NCBI RefSeq assembly: GCF_018350175.1
Contig: NC_058368.1
Span: 184,018,001-184,082,000 of the forward strand
Direction of reading: 5' to 3'
From: Felis catus
Taxonomy: Eukaryota
Length of the DNA: 64,000 nucleotides
Shown here: piece after piece, positions 13,010 to 26,876 of the stretch
Numbering within the stretch: position 1 is the first letter of the stretch
Layout: each line of letters begins with the position of its first letter
The notes under the pieces: model-generated
Seen by the model: the letters and a program-made list of their open reading frames with translations, nothing else
The model's database searches: none
Told to the model about the DNA's origin: nothing
Translations under genes and position numbers: made by a program

Positions 13010-13214
13010 GGAGCGTCTAGGTGGCTCAGTTGGTTAAGCATATGACAACTTCAGCTCAGGTTATGATCTCACAGTTCTCATCAGGCTCTCTGCTGTCAGC
13101 ACAGACCCTGCTTCTGACCCTCTGTCCCCCTTTTTATGCCCCTCCCCTGCTTGTTCTCATTCTTTCTCTCTCTCCGTCGGTCTCTCTCTCTCTCAAAATA
13201 AAAACTAAACTTGA
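13010..13214 (+). mobile_element. CanSINE (internally shortened)
   Basis: TSD AAAAAGTGAGATGTG on both sides. Confidence 0.92.
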
Positions 13215-13942
13215 AAAAAGTGAGATGTGCCTAAGAGAAGGGCAGTATTACTTTGCCTTCAGTGGTGCCCTCCCGTTCCTAGCTGGGCAGCATTGGTAAG
13301 CTTTTCAGCCTCCATGTACCCAAGTTACCTCCATCTTGCCAATGAGGGTAATAAAACTTACATTTGATATTCTTTTGAGGATTACTGAAAATATCGTGAT
13401 GCTTGTCAACTTCTGAGTACTGTACCTTAGAGAAAGCAAGAGCTTCATCACTGATAGCATTCTACATTTTCTATAGATCACACAAGGTAATAAACCTTCA
13501 GTAAATGTTTATTGAATAAAGGAAGAAGTATGGTCAGAAGTGCCACTGGATCTCACTAGTTTTCTGTTTAGATCTAGTTTGCTAGAGCTTGTAGGTGTGT
13601 ACAAACTGATGATATGATCAGGAAGGCACAAAAAACAAATCTGCTATTTCTGTCTGAGGAAATTGGGCAAGCATACATGGAAATGTTTAAGGACTACCCT
13701 ATCAAATGCACAGGCTTTTGTGAAGCAGACATGACAACACCACACTCCGTAAGCAAAGGGAAAGAGTGGTGGAAATATAAAGTCTATTTAGAGACCCCCT
13801 AAGAGTTAATGGATAATTAAGTGAAAGGATGTGTTAGGGAGTGGAAAGAAAGGGCAAGGAGAGCAGCAGAAGAGGTAAGAAATGAAGTTTATCATTTTTA
13901 AGTAATAAAAGCTTCCTGGAACATGGTGTTAAATAAATCACA

Positions 13943-13944
13943 AT

Positions 13945-13991
<47 letters not shown>

Positions 13992-13994
13992 TTT
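13943..13994. repeat. (ATTT)n microsatellite
   Basis: Read directly from the sequence. Confidence 0.97.
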
Positions 13995-15639
13995 TTGGAG
14001 GAAGAGTTCAAGAAATTTGAATGTAAAATAAAAAGTCACTAAGAAAACATATTTACCTTTGACTATCAATAATCATCGGCTTACTGTTTCAGTCCTGGGC
14101 CAATTTCATCTCTTATCTCTCACTGTAGGATGTTTTCTCTCCTAGATTCTATACACAAAGTTCGTGAAAGGTAGACCATCTTCTCCTGATAAAATGATCA
14201 AGGACAGTCTTTTTGGGAATATTAATCTGGAGATGTGTCAGGTCAAGTGAACAAATTAGAAAGAAAAGGGGAGACCAGTGGTTAAGTGGCAAAGGTCTCA
14301 TCCATCGTGATTACCTTACTGGAAATAAAATGAAACAGATGGTGTTGGGTGGCCGGGGCGGGGGGGTGGTACCTAAATATTGAACACATTTAGTAGGAAC
14401 ATGCTTTCTCATTTTCTTTCATGATTAATTGAAAAACATGGTAACTTGAAGTATGGATGGTCAATTTCAACCATCTCTATGATTATAGCTATGCTACTAC
14501 TCATAGAGGGTGGTAACATTGCTGAGTATCTAAAAGAAAATCTTTGAAGTTGAAAATCTAAAATTTTCTTAAAGTTTTAATATACCAGAATTCTCAATAA
14601 TTAAATAGCATCATATGTTTTCTATCTGGGGTTAAAAAAATTGGTTCTGACTATTCTCAGAGCACAAACTGCAATATTAGAAAATTAGTTCCATAGAAAT
14701 CATTTCTTTTTCTCATGTTTTGAAATAAAAATTAATCTCTAAAATACTTAAAAGCTATAAAAGACAGGGCCTTCCCTTTTCAAATGACTGTAAATTGTGT
14801 ATATATTTCAGCTTTGGGCCATATCTTTTAGGCAACATGTGTATTTATCTCAGATCCTCACTTTTTGAGTAGAGAATCCTGCTGGCAAATTAACAATAGA
14901 ATGTTAGAGAAAGGTTATAACAGTTTAAACATCAGTTTGTCTGCATTTATCCAACTCAGTAATCTCTACTGTGGATATATTAGATTTGTTTGTATTTTTT
15001 AAATCTCATTACAACTTTTTGAAAACAGGAAATTGCTTCTAGTATGAAAGATCAATGTGCTCTTGACTCCGGCATTTTCAACAATGGCTTATCTATGCTG
15101 ATGTAGTAATGGAGATGGGCGGATATGAGAATGAGTTTGGGTTCTCTAACAGGCTTTGAAAGAAAGTCACTCAGCAGAAAAACCACAATAATTATGAATT
15201 CTTAAACTTAATGATGCTTATCCAACCAGATTATTCAACTGCCCAAAGAAGCAAACTCTCAGGTTCATACCTACTTCTGTTGCAAATTTATTTTTTTTGA
15301 GGGAGAGGGGGAAAGGAAGAGGATTTGTAAGATCATGATTAATAGATTTAATTTAGAGAAAACTGTATTATATCATGCCCCATAATTAGAAATGGAAAAA
15401 AAAGTCTTGGAAATGTGGCCCAAAACATAAGCCAAACCATTTCAAACTGGAAATGATTCCAGAAATGTAAGCCTAGGATTTTCGTTTTGTTTCATCTTGG
15501 TCAGAAACAGCATGGGATCAATTAGATAAAATTTTGTTTCTCATTAGAGCCAGTTAACCTACTCACAAAATAAACATCATGATATGCTGCAAATTTGTGT
15601 CTTCTGCCTAAACCATTCACTGTGACTTTTGATCCACTT

Positions 15640-16170
15640 ATATTGCCCAAATTACTATTCTTAATTCTTTATCTTCCTTTCTAGAAACTCTCATCCATTT
15701 CTAGGATTTAGTGCCAAACTTCAAAGTTCTATTTCTAGCTGTCTACTGAATTCCACCTAGGAGTTCCGCAGGCAACTCAAACCGAACAAAGCATTTACCT
15801 ATCCCCTAATAAAAATTCTCTTATTTTTAGCTTGATTTCTAGTGCAACTTATCACCAAGCCTGAATTTATTGAAGCTCTCCTCTCTAATTATTCACCTAC
15901 AAATTATACCCAAAGAATTTTCTTCAGAAACTTTTTCCCAAGTTGGGGCAACCCCCTCCTGTTGAGGCTTTCACTGATTTTCAGTAAAATCACAGGAATT
16001 CTCATGCTTAACTGCTTCTTTCTGCTATCAATCCTCTACTACCTTGACGAAGTGGTCTTGACAAATTTCAATGTTATCCCATTATTCACTCCCTGGAATC
16101 CTTTGATGACTCCGATTGCCTTCAGGATAAAGCATCAAGTTCTTAGTATGACTACCAGGCTCTTAATGAA
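15640..16170 (+). mobile_element. L2 fragment
   Basis: CTGTCTACTGAATTCCACCTAGG...CAACTCAAAC and ATTGCCTTCAGGATAAAGCATCAAGTTCTTAG. Confidence 0.6.
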
Positions 16171-17060
16171 TTGGCAATAATGTTAAATTGCCAAATCCCC
16201 CAATTCCTTCCTTCTTCAGACCTACTTCTCATTTCCCAGAAAGTTTTTGTTTGTTTGTTTTGTTTTGTTTTGTTTTCTAGTTTTGGTTTTGTAAATAAAT
16301 TCTGGATATATTACATTAAGATACTTACCATTACCTCAATATACTGAATCTAAATTCTAACTTTTTTTCTATCATACAAGGGGCATTAAAGCAGCATTAA
16401 CAAAATAATGGTCAAAAATTTGCATGACTACCCCAAGTTCCACTTTTTTTCTAATCTCTTCTTGTTCTTATATATGAACAAAAGCATTTTTTAAAGATTA
16501 TTATAGCTATAAAATGGGTAACATTCTGTAATTTTTAATATTTAACTCTAGGATTTCTTTTCTGCAGTTAACATTCTGTTGAATTCTTATTCACATCTTG
16601 AAGGACCCTGGTTCTCTTGTTATCATTACCAATGTAAAGTCTTCCTTGACTTGTTTGGGGATTATACCTAGAAATTTTAATACTCCTTTCTAAGTAATTG
16701 ATAGACAAGTAGACAGTAAATCAGTAAGTATATGAAAGGCTTAAACAGCACTACCAACCATTTTTGACCCACTGACAACTATAAAGTGCTCCATTCAATA
16801 AGAGCAGAATACATATTCTTTTCAAGTGTACACAGAATATTCATCAAGACAGGCCACATTCTGGGCCATAAAACAAGTCTTAATACATTTAAGAAGACTG
16901 AAATCATACAAAATATGTTATCTGAGTGTAAGGGAGTGAAATGAGAATTCAACAACAAAAAGATTTTTGGAAAATCTCCAAACTATTAGGAAATTAAATG
17001 CTTTCTGAATAATGGGTCAAGGCATAAATCAAAAGGAAAATTAGAATATATTTTGAAACA

Positions 17061-17280
17061 GGGGTACCTGGGTGCCTCAGTCAGTTAAGCATCCAACTTT
17101 GGCTCAGGTCATGATCTCACAGTTTGTGAGTTCAAGCCCTGCATTGGGCTCTGTGCTGACAGCTCAGAGCCTGGAGCCTGCTTGAAATTCTGTGTCTCCC
17201 TCTCTCTCTACCCCTCTCCTGCTCATGCTCTGTCTCTCTTTCTCAAAAATAAATAAAAATTAATTTTTTTATTTAAAAAA
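17061..17280 (+). mobile_element. CanSINE
   Basis: Perfect 18-bp TSD AGAATATATTTTGAAACA at 17043-17060 and 17281-17298. Confidence 0.96.
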
Positions 17281-17386
17281 AGAATATATTTTGAAACAAA
17301 CAAAAATTAAAACATAAAATATCAGAACTTGAGGAGTGTAGTAAAAGCAGGGCACAGAAAGAAATACATAACAGTAAACATTTATA

Positions 17387-18089
17387 CAAATCTTCCTTGA
17401 AAGATGATGGGGTTACATCCCAATAAACTTACCCTAAATTAAAAAAAAATGTTAATGCTTATTTTACTTCTGAGGGAGTGAAAGAGAGAGCATGAGCAGG
17501 GGAGGCTCAGAGAGGGAGACACAGAATCCAAAGAACGCTCCAAGCTGTCAGCACAGAGCCTGACATGGGGCTCAAATCCACGAACCGTGAGATCATGACC
17601 TGAGCCAAAGTCAGACACTTAACTGACTGATCCACCCAGGCACCCCTAAACCAAGCCTACATTTAAAATATTGTTAAGCCCAAATTCATGTAATACACCT
17701 GACCTACAAAGCTTAGCCTAATCTACCTTAACTGTGCTCAGAACGCTTACATTAGCCTACAGATGGACAAAATCATCGAACACAATGTCTATTTTACACT
17801 AGTGTTGAATATCTCCCATAACGTACTGAATACTGTACTGAGAGTGAAAAAAAGAATGGATGTATGGGTCCAGAATGGTTGGAAGTGTCCCAGTTGTCCA
17901 CGCTCATGATCACATGGCGGTATGGGAGCTGCAGCTCACTACCACCGCCCAGTATCAGTAGAGTGTATGGTACTGTATATCACTATGCCAGGAAAAGATC
18001 AAAATTCAAAATGGGAAGTATTGTTTCTACTAAAGGTGCATCACTTTCACACCATCATAAGATGAAAAATTGAAGTCAGGGACCATCTG
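17387..18089 (+). mobile_element. Tigger5/MER47-family TcMar DNA transposon, split by a SINE
   Basis: TA|CA...GATGGGGTTACATCCCAATAAAC start, internal AGCTTAGCCTAATCTACCTTAA and AGATCAAAATTCAAAAT, end AAGTCAGGGACCATCTG. Confidence 0.88.
17439..17646 (-). mobile_element. CanSINE
   Basis: Antisense head ...CCACCCAGGCACCCC, located inside the Tigger. Confidence 0.92.
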
Positions 18090-18759
18090 TGCTACAACAG
18101 ATCAAAGGACTCAGTTAATGATTAAGATTCCCACTTGAAAAACTTAGGATAAAAGGGTAAGTTAAACCTAGGCAAAAAAGCAAATTAAACCCACTAAGCA
18201 GAAGGAAAAAAAAATAATGTAACAGAAGAAATCAATGAAATAGAAAATAGTAAGGACAAGAGAAAATCAATGAAACCAGAAGCTGGTTCGTTGAAAAAAC
18301 AACAAAATGGACAAATCAATTACCAGACTGATAAGGAAAAAAAGTAAGAAGACACAAATGACCAGTATTAGGAATGAAAGAGGGACAAACCCCACAGATA
18401 TTGAAAGGATAACTAGGGAGTATATGAACAACTTTATAGCAATGGATGTGATAACTTTATATAAAATGGACAAATACTTTGCAAGCACAAGCTACAAAAG
18501 CTCACTCAAGAAATTGCATTTATAGTTAAACACCTTCCCACAAGACTGGAAATAATGCCAATTTTTCACAAATTCTCTCAGAATCTAGAAGAGAAGTTCA
18601 CTTCTTTGTACTCTACTTGTGCTCAATATGGAAATAAAAACAGAACCTAGAAGGCTCTAAGAACAATTGTTTTGCTCCCATTTAAAGCCTGGAGGCCAGC
18701 ATTACTCTGATAACAAAACAGGGCATACACCTCATAAGCATAGATATAAAAATCTGTCA

Positions 18760-18970
18760 GGGCACCTGGGTGGCTCAGTTGGTTGAGCATCTGACTTCAG
18801 CTCAGGTCATGATCTCACAGTTCGTGGGTTTGAGCACCACATCAGGCTCTGTGCTGACCGCTTGCTCAGAGCCTGAAGCCTGCTTCAGATTCTGTGTCTC
18901 CTTCTCTCTCTGCCCCTCCCCTGCTCACTCTGTGTCTCAAAAATAAATAAATGTAAAAAAAAAAATTTTT
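18760..18970 (+). mobile_element. CanSINE
   Basis: Full body, TSD AAATCTGT. Confidence 0.94.
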
Positions 18971-21713
18971 AAATCTGTAAAAATATTTTAGCTAACTGTA
19001 TAGAGCAATACCAAAAATAAATAAGAATCATAAGCAAGTAAGATTTATTCCAGGATAGAATGCATTTAACCACATCAAAAGAACAAAGACAAAAATGCTT
19101 ATGATCATCTCAAAAAGACATAGGAAAAGTTATTTGTCAAAATTCCATATTCATTCATGATGAAAACCTTCAGTACACTAGAAGGGGATTTCTCAGAGAA
19201 GGGGATTTCCTCAGCCTAATAAGGATGTCTAAAAACCAATAGCAGGTTTCATACTGAGATCGGGAACAAGGTGAGAATATCCACAATCTATTCAACACGG
19301 AAATGAAAATGTATGTGCAAACAATGGGATAACTCTCAGGAGGAAAAAAAGGAACAGACTGTTGACACATACAACATGAATAAACCCCAAAGGCATTAAT
19401 TTAAAAAGCCAGGAAGAGCAGACTACATATGTAGGATTCCACTTACACATGACATTGTAGAAATCCAAACTCTAAAACTTGAGGGCTAGAAAACCAGGAA
19501 AGCAGCTGCCAGGGTAGAGAATTACAGGAGTAATTAATACCAACAAGCACAAGGTGACTTTTTGGGACAGTGGAAATATTCCATATCACGATTGTGGCAG
19601 GAATTTCACCAGTTTATATAGTTGTTAAAACACATCAAATTGTTGAATTAAAATTGGTGAAATTTTGTATATAAAATTTATGTAAAATATGATTTCAAAG
19701 GTTAGAAATTTTCTGAGGAAAATTGAGTTTATGTATTGATCAACGTGCTATAGAAGTAATATTTAAAAAGTAATAGGTATGAAGCATTTAGCTATGCCTC
19801 ACTCTAGACAATTTGGGTCTAAAAATATTTGTATTCATGATGTATGTGAAAAATGTACTGGTGCTTTTATTCGTGAAAGTCTTCTTACTTGTAACATAAA
19901 TATTCATCTAATGAATATTATTCATTAAAATGCTACCGTTGCCAATTTATGAAGCAGCTCAGCTAAAAGAATTCCTAAACTGTAATATCATTCTATTATC
20001 TTCTATCATATAAACTTTAGCTGGGCAGATACGTTATTTTCTCATATGGGTATTTATGTAGTGCGAAAAGGTAACCTCTGAAATAGACTGTGTTTCACAC
20101 TGTTTCTGATTAGGTACTAGTTACTCCCCAGACTGTGGTGAAATATTTTATTGGTTGTTACAGCCAGTGCAATAGATCCTAACTTATCTTTCATCTGACC
20201 TTAAATATAAATGAAAAACAATAAATTTATTTCAAGGTTGCGCTGAGAGTAAACAAGGCCAATTGAAATAGAAGCTTTAAGCCTCCTCCAATTTATATTC
20301 CAAACTAAACTAAAGAAAGAAAAGAGTAAGAATTATCCTTTCTGCTGTTGAATTACTTTTAATATTGGAGGCCATAATTATATTTTAAAATTTATTTTGG
20401 GGGGAACAGCATTCTAGCATAAATAAAGGGCAATCTGTCATCAATAAATGCTATAAAGTAGCAAATCATAAGCATATGGAAGAGCTTTTTCATAGGCACT
20501 AGTGAACATTTCACTTTTGAAATGAAGTGAATCATTTCTTTACTGAAAAGAATTCTGGCATCTTTCTTATGGAGGGTAATATTGAAAAGAAAGGTATATA
20601 ACTTTTCCAGATACTCTTCTAAAGATCATGGATATCGGGTAAAACTGTAAGATTTTATAGTTACAAACTTGAAATAATCCAACTTGGAATAAGGCATACT
20701 TTCCATGAGGTCAAGTGAATGGCAGAGATGCAGAGCTATAAAATCTGCTTGGAGAGCAGTTAGTCACAAACAAACCAAAACCTTGGCCCATGGGAATTTA
20801 GAAAGATGTTTATAAAAAATACCACCATGCCTGTTTTTTAGACATGCATGGATAGGAAAGTTTCCTTGTTTTTGCTCCCAGTGAAATTTGAATCTGAAAA
20901 ATCCACAACTCAAGTGTTCCATTTCATTACTGTGTATTGATTGTTCACGTGTATCCTTCCAAGAAAGTGGAGAAACATGGTTATTACAAATCCTCTTATT
21001 GCAGACTGATACTCTAGTTTAAAAGACGAGTGGTAAAACACATTTAAAATGACTGTTAAAAATCATCTTGAATTTTAATTCCTATAATCAGGAAGGTAAA
21101 TTTAAGGTACCCAAGCAAGAAAGTAGAACCATTTTTCCATCTGCCAGCTCTGGTTCTTGTCTAGCAGACTCTCCCTAAAATACACACAACCAGTTGAACG
21201 GTGACTAGCAAGGGATAAAGTGAAGGGGCGGGGGAGTATGTTTAGAATTTATCTGAGGGTAAAATGAACGTAACACAAGTCCACTTATGCAGAAATGAAA
21301 AAGCAGTAATGGGCGTAGCTGCCAACATTTTTAAAATATTGCAATTTATTTCCATGTCTTCCTTATCTAATTAGACTTTTTTCCCCGAGGAAATGTGAGC
21401 TTTTCAAGTCTTCCCTCTGATACCAGACAAAAGAAGTCAGAACTTATGACACTTCATGCATCTTCCTTCTAAGCCTGCTTTCCTTGGAAATGGAACACTG
21501 GAATATTGACTACCTAACCAATTTCCAGGGACTCTGCTTCCCCCCTTCTCTAATTGGAAGTCTGTTAGCTCCTGTTCAGTAATGTAACTTGTATAATTTA
21601 GCTCTGGAAACTTTGGCTTATCTAACTCTCTGTAGCTTTCCAAACTTAAATTTACCATTTTGTTAAGTATATGTAGCAATATAAAGTGTTTCTGCATTAA
21701 AAGTAAGGTTTTA

Positions 21714-21923
21714 GGGGCGCCTGGGTGGCTCAGTCGGTTGAGCGTCCGACTTCGGCTCAGGTCACGATCTCAGGGTCCATGAGTTCAAGCCCCGCGTCGG
21801 GCTCTGGGCTGATGGCTCAGAGCCTGGAGCCTGCTTCGGATTCTGTGTCTCCCTCTCTCTCTGCCCCTCCCCCGTTCATGCTCTGTCTCTGTCTCAAAAA
21901 TAAATAAACGTTAAAAAAATTTT
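21714..21923 (+). mobile_element. Young felid CanSINE
   Basis: CpG-rich body; TSD AAAA(G/A)TAA(G/T)GTTTTA. Confidence 0.96.
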
Positions 21924-23130
21924 AAAAATAATGTTTTAATATTTTTATGTTTCTTTACATCAAGAAGTTTTACACATTTCCAAATAACGTGAAATAAGAA
22001 ATGTTATACTTTTAAAACTGTTTGATAAAAAAACCCCACAATTTATTTGCCTCATCTTCATTGTTCCTTCTACCATCCTTGTTCAGTTGCCTCAATTCAT
22101 CCCTAGAATAAGTAATTGCATTATTACCTTTTCCAGTCTTTCTGCATCTGTTTTTTTCCAAACTTGTCTTTCATACCACTACTAGATTAACCTTCAAAAA
22201 TAATGTTTAATGCCTTTGTGAATAATACATTACTTAGAAGAGAATATCAAGTTTTCCAGTACTTCAAGGGCTAGGAAAATCTGGATTCAAGTTGTCCTTT
22301 CCAAAATTTCTCCCATTCTCTCCCTCTAGGTAGTGTCAGTTATGATCCCCAAATTGCACCTTGCTTATATTCGGACCCTTGCCTGAGAAATGTTCAACTT
22401 GAAGGCGCAGCAGCAGAAAACATTCTTGAATAACTTTTATATCATCTCTGAACTCCAAATTTCTATAACACTATCACTTACTTAGCATTTACTATTCACT
22501 ATAGTAAATCTGAATTTAGATATCTGAAAATATAAATATCCATGCAATTCATGCATATACATATATGCACACACGAACACATATGAACACATGAAATTAT
22601 TGGTCCAGCACTCTTTTTCCAGAAACTATGGCTCCTATCAGCATCATCACCATAAGAATGAGCATTTTATATAAGCTGACTCTTTCCATTGACATAATTA
22701 GTCTAGAGCTCAATATCAATGGAAGAAGAGATAAATTCTGAGGCTCTTCCCTGTGAATTTTAAAACTTCCAAGAGAACTGAGTAAATCTCTTTCTAATAA
22801 TTAAATCTTTAAATGAGAAACGTAAGACATCACAGGCATATTTCATAATTAAAATGTGTATTGTGCATTACTCAATATCCTTTATCCATTTCAACATCCT
22901 CCTGGAGTACCTTCTTAAACTACTGAAGCTAGGGAGCTCAAACTACCATTTGGGTAGGGTTCTAGATAGGGTTTGGACTTTGCTAATCAAGTGTATTTGG
23001 ATGAGACATGGTTTGAAAACAATTTCTGGGGAAAGAGCCATGGTGTGAGACATAGGTTTTATCACTGTGGAGTACAGCAGGGGCAGAGGCTCTGCAATCA
23101 GTAGCTCCACTGGTGCCTTCCACTTTGGTT

Positions 23131-23213
23131 GGGAATTTCCCAGTACAAATGGAGGCAGCAGCGCCCCTGGTGGCCTAGTTCTGCAATGCGCCTTTGCAAG
23201 TTCCTGGAAATTC
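23131..23213. promoter_or_regulatory. Candidate enhancer motif cluster (NF-kB, CTCF-like, STAT/GAS)
   Basis: GGGAATTTCCC at 23131-23141, GGCCACCAGGGGCGCTG on the minus strand at 23159-23175, and TTCCTGGAA at 23201-23209, all in apparently unique sequence. Confidence 0.4.
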
Positions 23214-25554
23214 AGCCAAGGTTCTATTTTTTCAGCTTCCCTAATAATCCATGCACTTTTAATAAATGTAATAAATATCTTTCCGTTGTTACTAGCTAGA
23301 GAGGTTTCATTTCCAATATTACCCCCTGGAAAAGCTGGTCTGTTAGTGAGAGAGAAGAGCAGAGATAAGAGGCCAAGAAGGATACCAATGGCATCTGGTT
23401 TCCTGGGTTGACGTATACTAACACCAGGCAGCACAAGTGAATTTTCTGTTAGGGTTAGCCATTCAACTTTTTCCTGGACTGTATCAGCCAATAAATTGCA
23501 CTTGTTGCTTTTAAATTTGTTTTAATTTGGTTTCTATCATTTCAACCAGAAGAATCATAGAGAATACAATGTATTTCACTAATACCATTTCATTCTGTCA
23601 AAAAGGGGCTCTGTGTACCTGAATGTCTAGTGTGCGTAGTTAACATATTTCATGACTAAAATTTCTTGACTAAAGTTCTAATTGTTAGTATTATAAATGT
23701 CTAAGTCAAAATATTTTATTTGTTTCTTTTCTCAGTTATATATTTTTAAGGACATTATTGATTAACTGTGATTGGCCTCAATAAACATTTAATATGAGTA
23801 GAGCTTTTAAAATAGTTTTGAACTTTTGAAGAAAATCCTGGTCATTTTATGAACTTTGAGTCCATTTAGCCCTACCTAGGATAATGCTAATAATTATACT
23901 GATTATCCCACGAATGGAAACATCAACAATGAAAGTTAAACGTACTTTGCATAGGCCAGCAGAGTTTCCATTTCTTTCATGAAGAAAATTAGTCACCCAA
24001 AATTGATAATAAGAGACAAACAGATCCACAGAGAACTATAATCCCTTAGAGGACTATTAAACATTTGAAGATAATTTAACTACTGATTCAACCACTAACC
24101 TTTTTAGCAACCTCCTCCTCCCATTTCCTTGGGGAAATGTATAAAAATTCCTCCAAGTGCAAGCACCTGATAGAAAGAAGTTATCTGAAAGAGGAAAACT
24201 GTATAATACATTCAGGAATCAGCTAAGATCTTGACCTCATTTAAATGAGCTTGGTCTTGCATGAGGCAGAAAAGAGTTTAATCAAAAAATAAATAAATAA
24301 TCTGATAATGATCAAATGTCTTGACTTACAACCAAGGAATGAATCACTTCTATTGGAATGACAGGGAGAAGGTTTAGCCGCACTACTTAGATCAAACTAC
24401 ATTGCTTTAGTACGTAGTTTTACCTTGGTCATAGGATTTAACCTTTAAATGCGCATAAGTGGAAAGCATTTTTCCAGTTTAAATTTAGCCATGGAAGAAT
24501 CAAAGTGAATAAGAGACTGTTTATCTTCTCCAGCATGTGATGGTAGCATTTATAATTTCATATCACAATAGCTATCCCTCGGTTGGTAAATCTCTGCCTG
24601 GAATAAATCAAATTTGTCATGTCCATTTTGTGTTTTGTTTGTCTTGTGCTGTTACTAATGTGCCAGGTTTGAAATCTCAGTGACCCTGTATCTGAGCCAT
24701 GAATTCCTGTGAAAGACAGAAATATTACTCATCTCTTCACATTCTATTTCCTACTTTTAGTTGGTTTTTCTTTTTTTTCTTTTTTTTTTTTTTATACATT
24801 ATGGAGACTTCATGATGTAACACCATCAAAAAGGTTTAGCAGTTTTGAATTAGGATCTGTCTTCTGTGTGAACAGAGAAGAAAGAGGCTGTCTACTTAGG
24901 ACAATTTGAGAAATGTTATAAAAGATTGCTTCCCCATAAGCTTTCATAATGTATCTCTCTCCCAGGCCTCATAAATTCTTACCGGCCATGATTTAACCTA
25001 TGGTATTGTCTTCAAGCCTCTAGGAGTATTCTTTTGAAAAACAAATACTCCCAGCAGACAATTTTCAAAATAAGAAAAAACAAACAAAATCCTAAACCAT
25101 TAACACAATTATGTGAGCTAATTGATGTTATCGCATAGGTTTTCTTGCAAGGTTCTTAGAGAAGGATACAAGGATAATTAGATTTTAACAGGGAAAGAGA
25201 TGTTTAAGACTACAGCAAGAGGCACTACTAGGTGCTTACTAAAAGTCAGGTTAAGCATGGGGACCTTCATGGCAAGGAGGAAGAAGGAACGAAAATGACT
25301 AAGAGAGAGAGAGGTCTCTTAGTCAAAAATTCTTCTACCAGTGCTACAGGTTTATTCTAAGTAGCCTCTGTGAAAATTTTTACCATTAACTACTCATTTA
25401 TAGACCCCTGTTCTGATCATCCTTTGAGGCTTCTTTTACTGGAGTGTGCTAATGTTTCAGGGTGCATTTTAAATTCAAGCTTTAGTATTTTTTAAGTGCA
25501 AAATATTTAGTAGGAGTCAAACTGGACAAAATAGCTTATTTAACTGGAGTTGAT

Positions 25555-25821
25555 ATATAGACAGATAGATAGAAAGAGATAGTCATATATGTCTATATAT
25601 GTATATAATTTTATGATGATATATGTAATTATAAAATTATTGATAGATAATAAAAGATGGATATATAAATGCTTACATCTATACTTATATTTATTAAATA
25701 TAAATATTTACTATATACATACATATATACTTATATCTATTATATATGTATTATGTTACATATGGTATATGTGTCTATATGTGTATGTATGTATACATAC
25801 ACACATACACATACATACACA

Positions 25822-25863
<42 letters not shown>
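25555..25863. repeat. TA/CA-rich low-complexity tract ending in (TA)n
   Basis: Read directly from the sequence. Confidence 0.93.
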
Positions 25864-25868
<5 letters not shown>

Positions 25869-26876
25869 CAATAAGAGTTTTAAAGAAAATCTGTTAAGTT
25901 AAAATCATTATCTTGATCCAAAAATTGTAAATCTAGCATTGGGACTGGAGAATGAAAATGAGCCATAAATTTCTATTACTCAGATTTACAATGGCCTCTC
26001 TAAACATTTCTTCTTTATAGACAAATGAAGCTAAAACCATCGAATAAAAAGTATTCCAAATTTTAAAAAGTTTTACATTTAATAACAGAAAAAAATTAAG
26101 TTCATTTTTGAGAAATTAGAGGCATACCTAGAAATATCATATACATATATTTTTCCACAACTTTGTTATATTTCAAAAATTAACATTCACAATTGTTATT
26201 AGTGATTATATTAAGTCTCCACATAGATTCAGTTCAAACCACAAAATAATTCTAGTGAGTCATATCACACCAAAGAAGCGTTGGTTGAGGCTTATTAATT
26301 GAAATATACACACACTGTCCCTTTCCCATAGGAATTGGAGTCAGACCTTGTAGGAGAAAAAACAATGTATGAAATAATTTTACATAGTCAGTGGAGCTCT
26401 TGCTCGAGTGGTCTCATTCCCCCCTCCCAGAGTGTACATGGCCCCTCTACTTATTTTCTCAAGGGATCTGAAATCCATAAGTAGACCAAGGTATCAGGAG
26501 GCACAGCTGCAATGCCCTCAGTGACAGGAAATTTGCTGCCATGTGGTCTAGCCCCACCTCTTCCCACACTCAGGGGACTGCTTTCTTACTGCTGAGTTGG
26601 CAGTGGCTACACAAGAGACTCCTCAGCTTGGTTTTCAGCTCTGAGGCCTCCCTCTAAGGAAGAGAAACAGAAGCTCTGCCTTGCTTTGTAAGAAACAGTA
26701 ACATTACCTCTCTTCTCTCTCGTTTAATTAGCAATATTCTAGTGGTAAGGATTATACTTTAAAATGCATAGCAAAAGCGCTGCATTATTACATATTTCAT
26801 TCCATTTTTACCAGTTTACTAAGTGTTATCATGTGTTCTTTTATTTGAGTCTTAAAAAAAGCCCTGTGCTATAAGC

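Larger units (their letters stand above)
16660..19700 (+). mobile_element. Old L1 (L1M-type): decayed ORF2 pieces and 3' UTR, interrupted by SINEs and a Tigger
   Basis: Endonuclease remnants AEYIFFSSVHRIFIKTGHILGHK (~16800-16872). ORF 18307-18525 matches L1 ORF2 (DKSITRLIRKK...IRNERGTNPTD). RT-proximal MIIS motif at ~19100. Confidence 0.9.

Noticed and set aside
22943..23491. Longest ORF in the track (182 aa, minus) and the overlapping 114-aa plus ORF
   Set aside because: Both have non-ATG starts (TTG/GTG), no recognisable domain and no convincing splice sites. The locally higher GC lowers stop frequency.
25589..25902. YI/HT-repeat ORFs (also 51737, 59520)
   Set aside because: Microsatellite translations.
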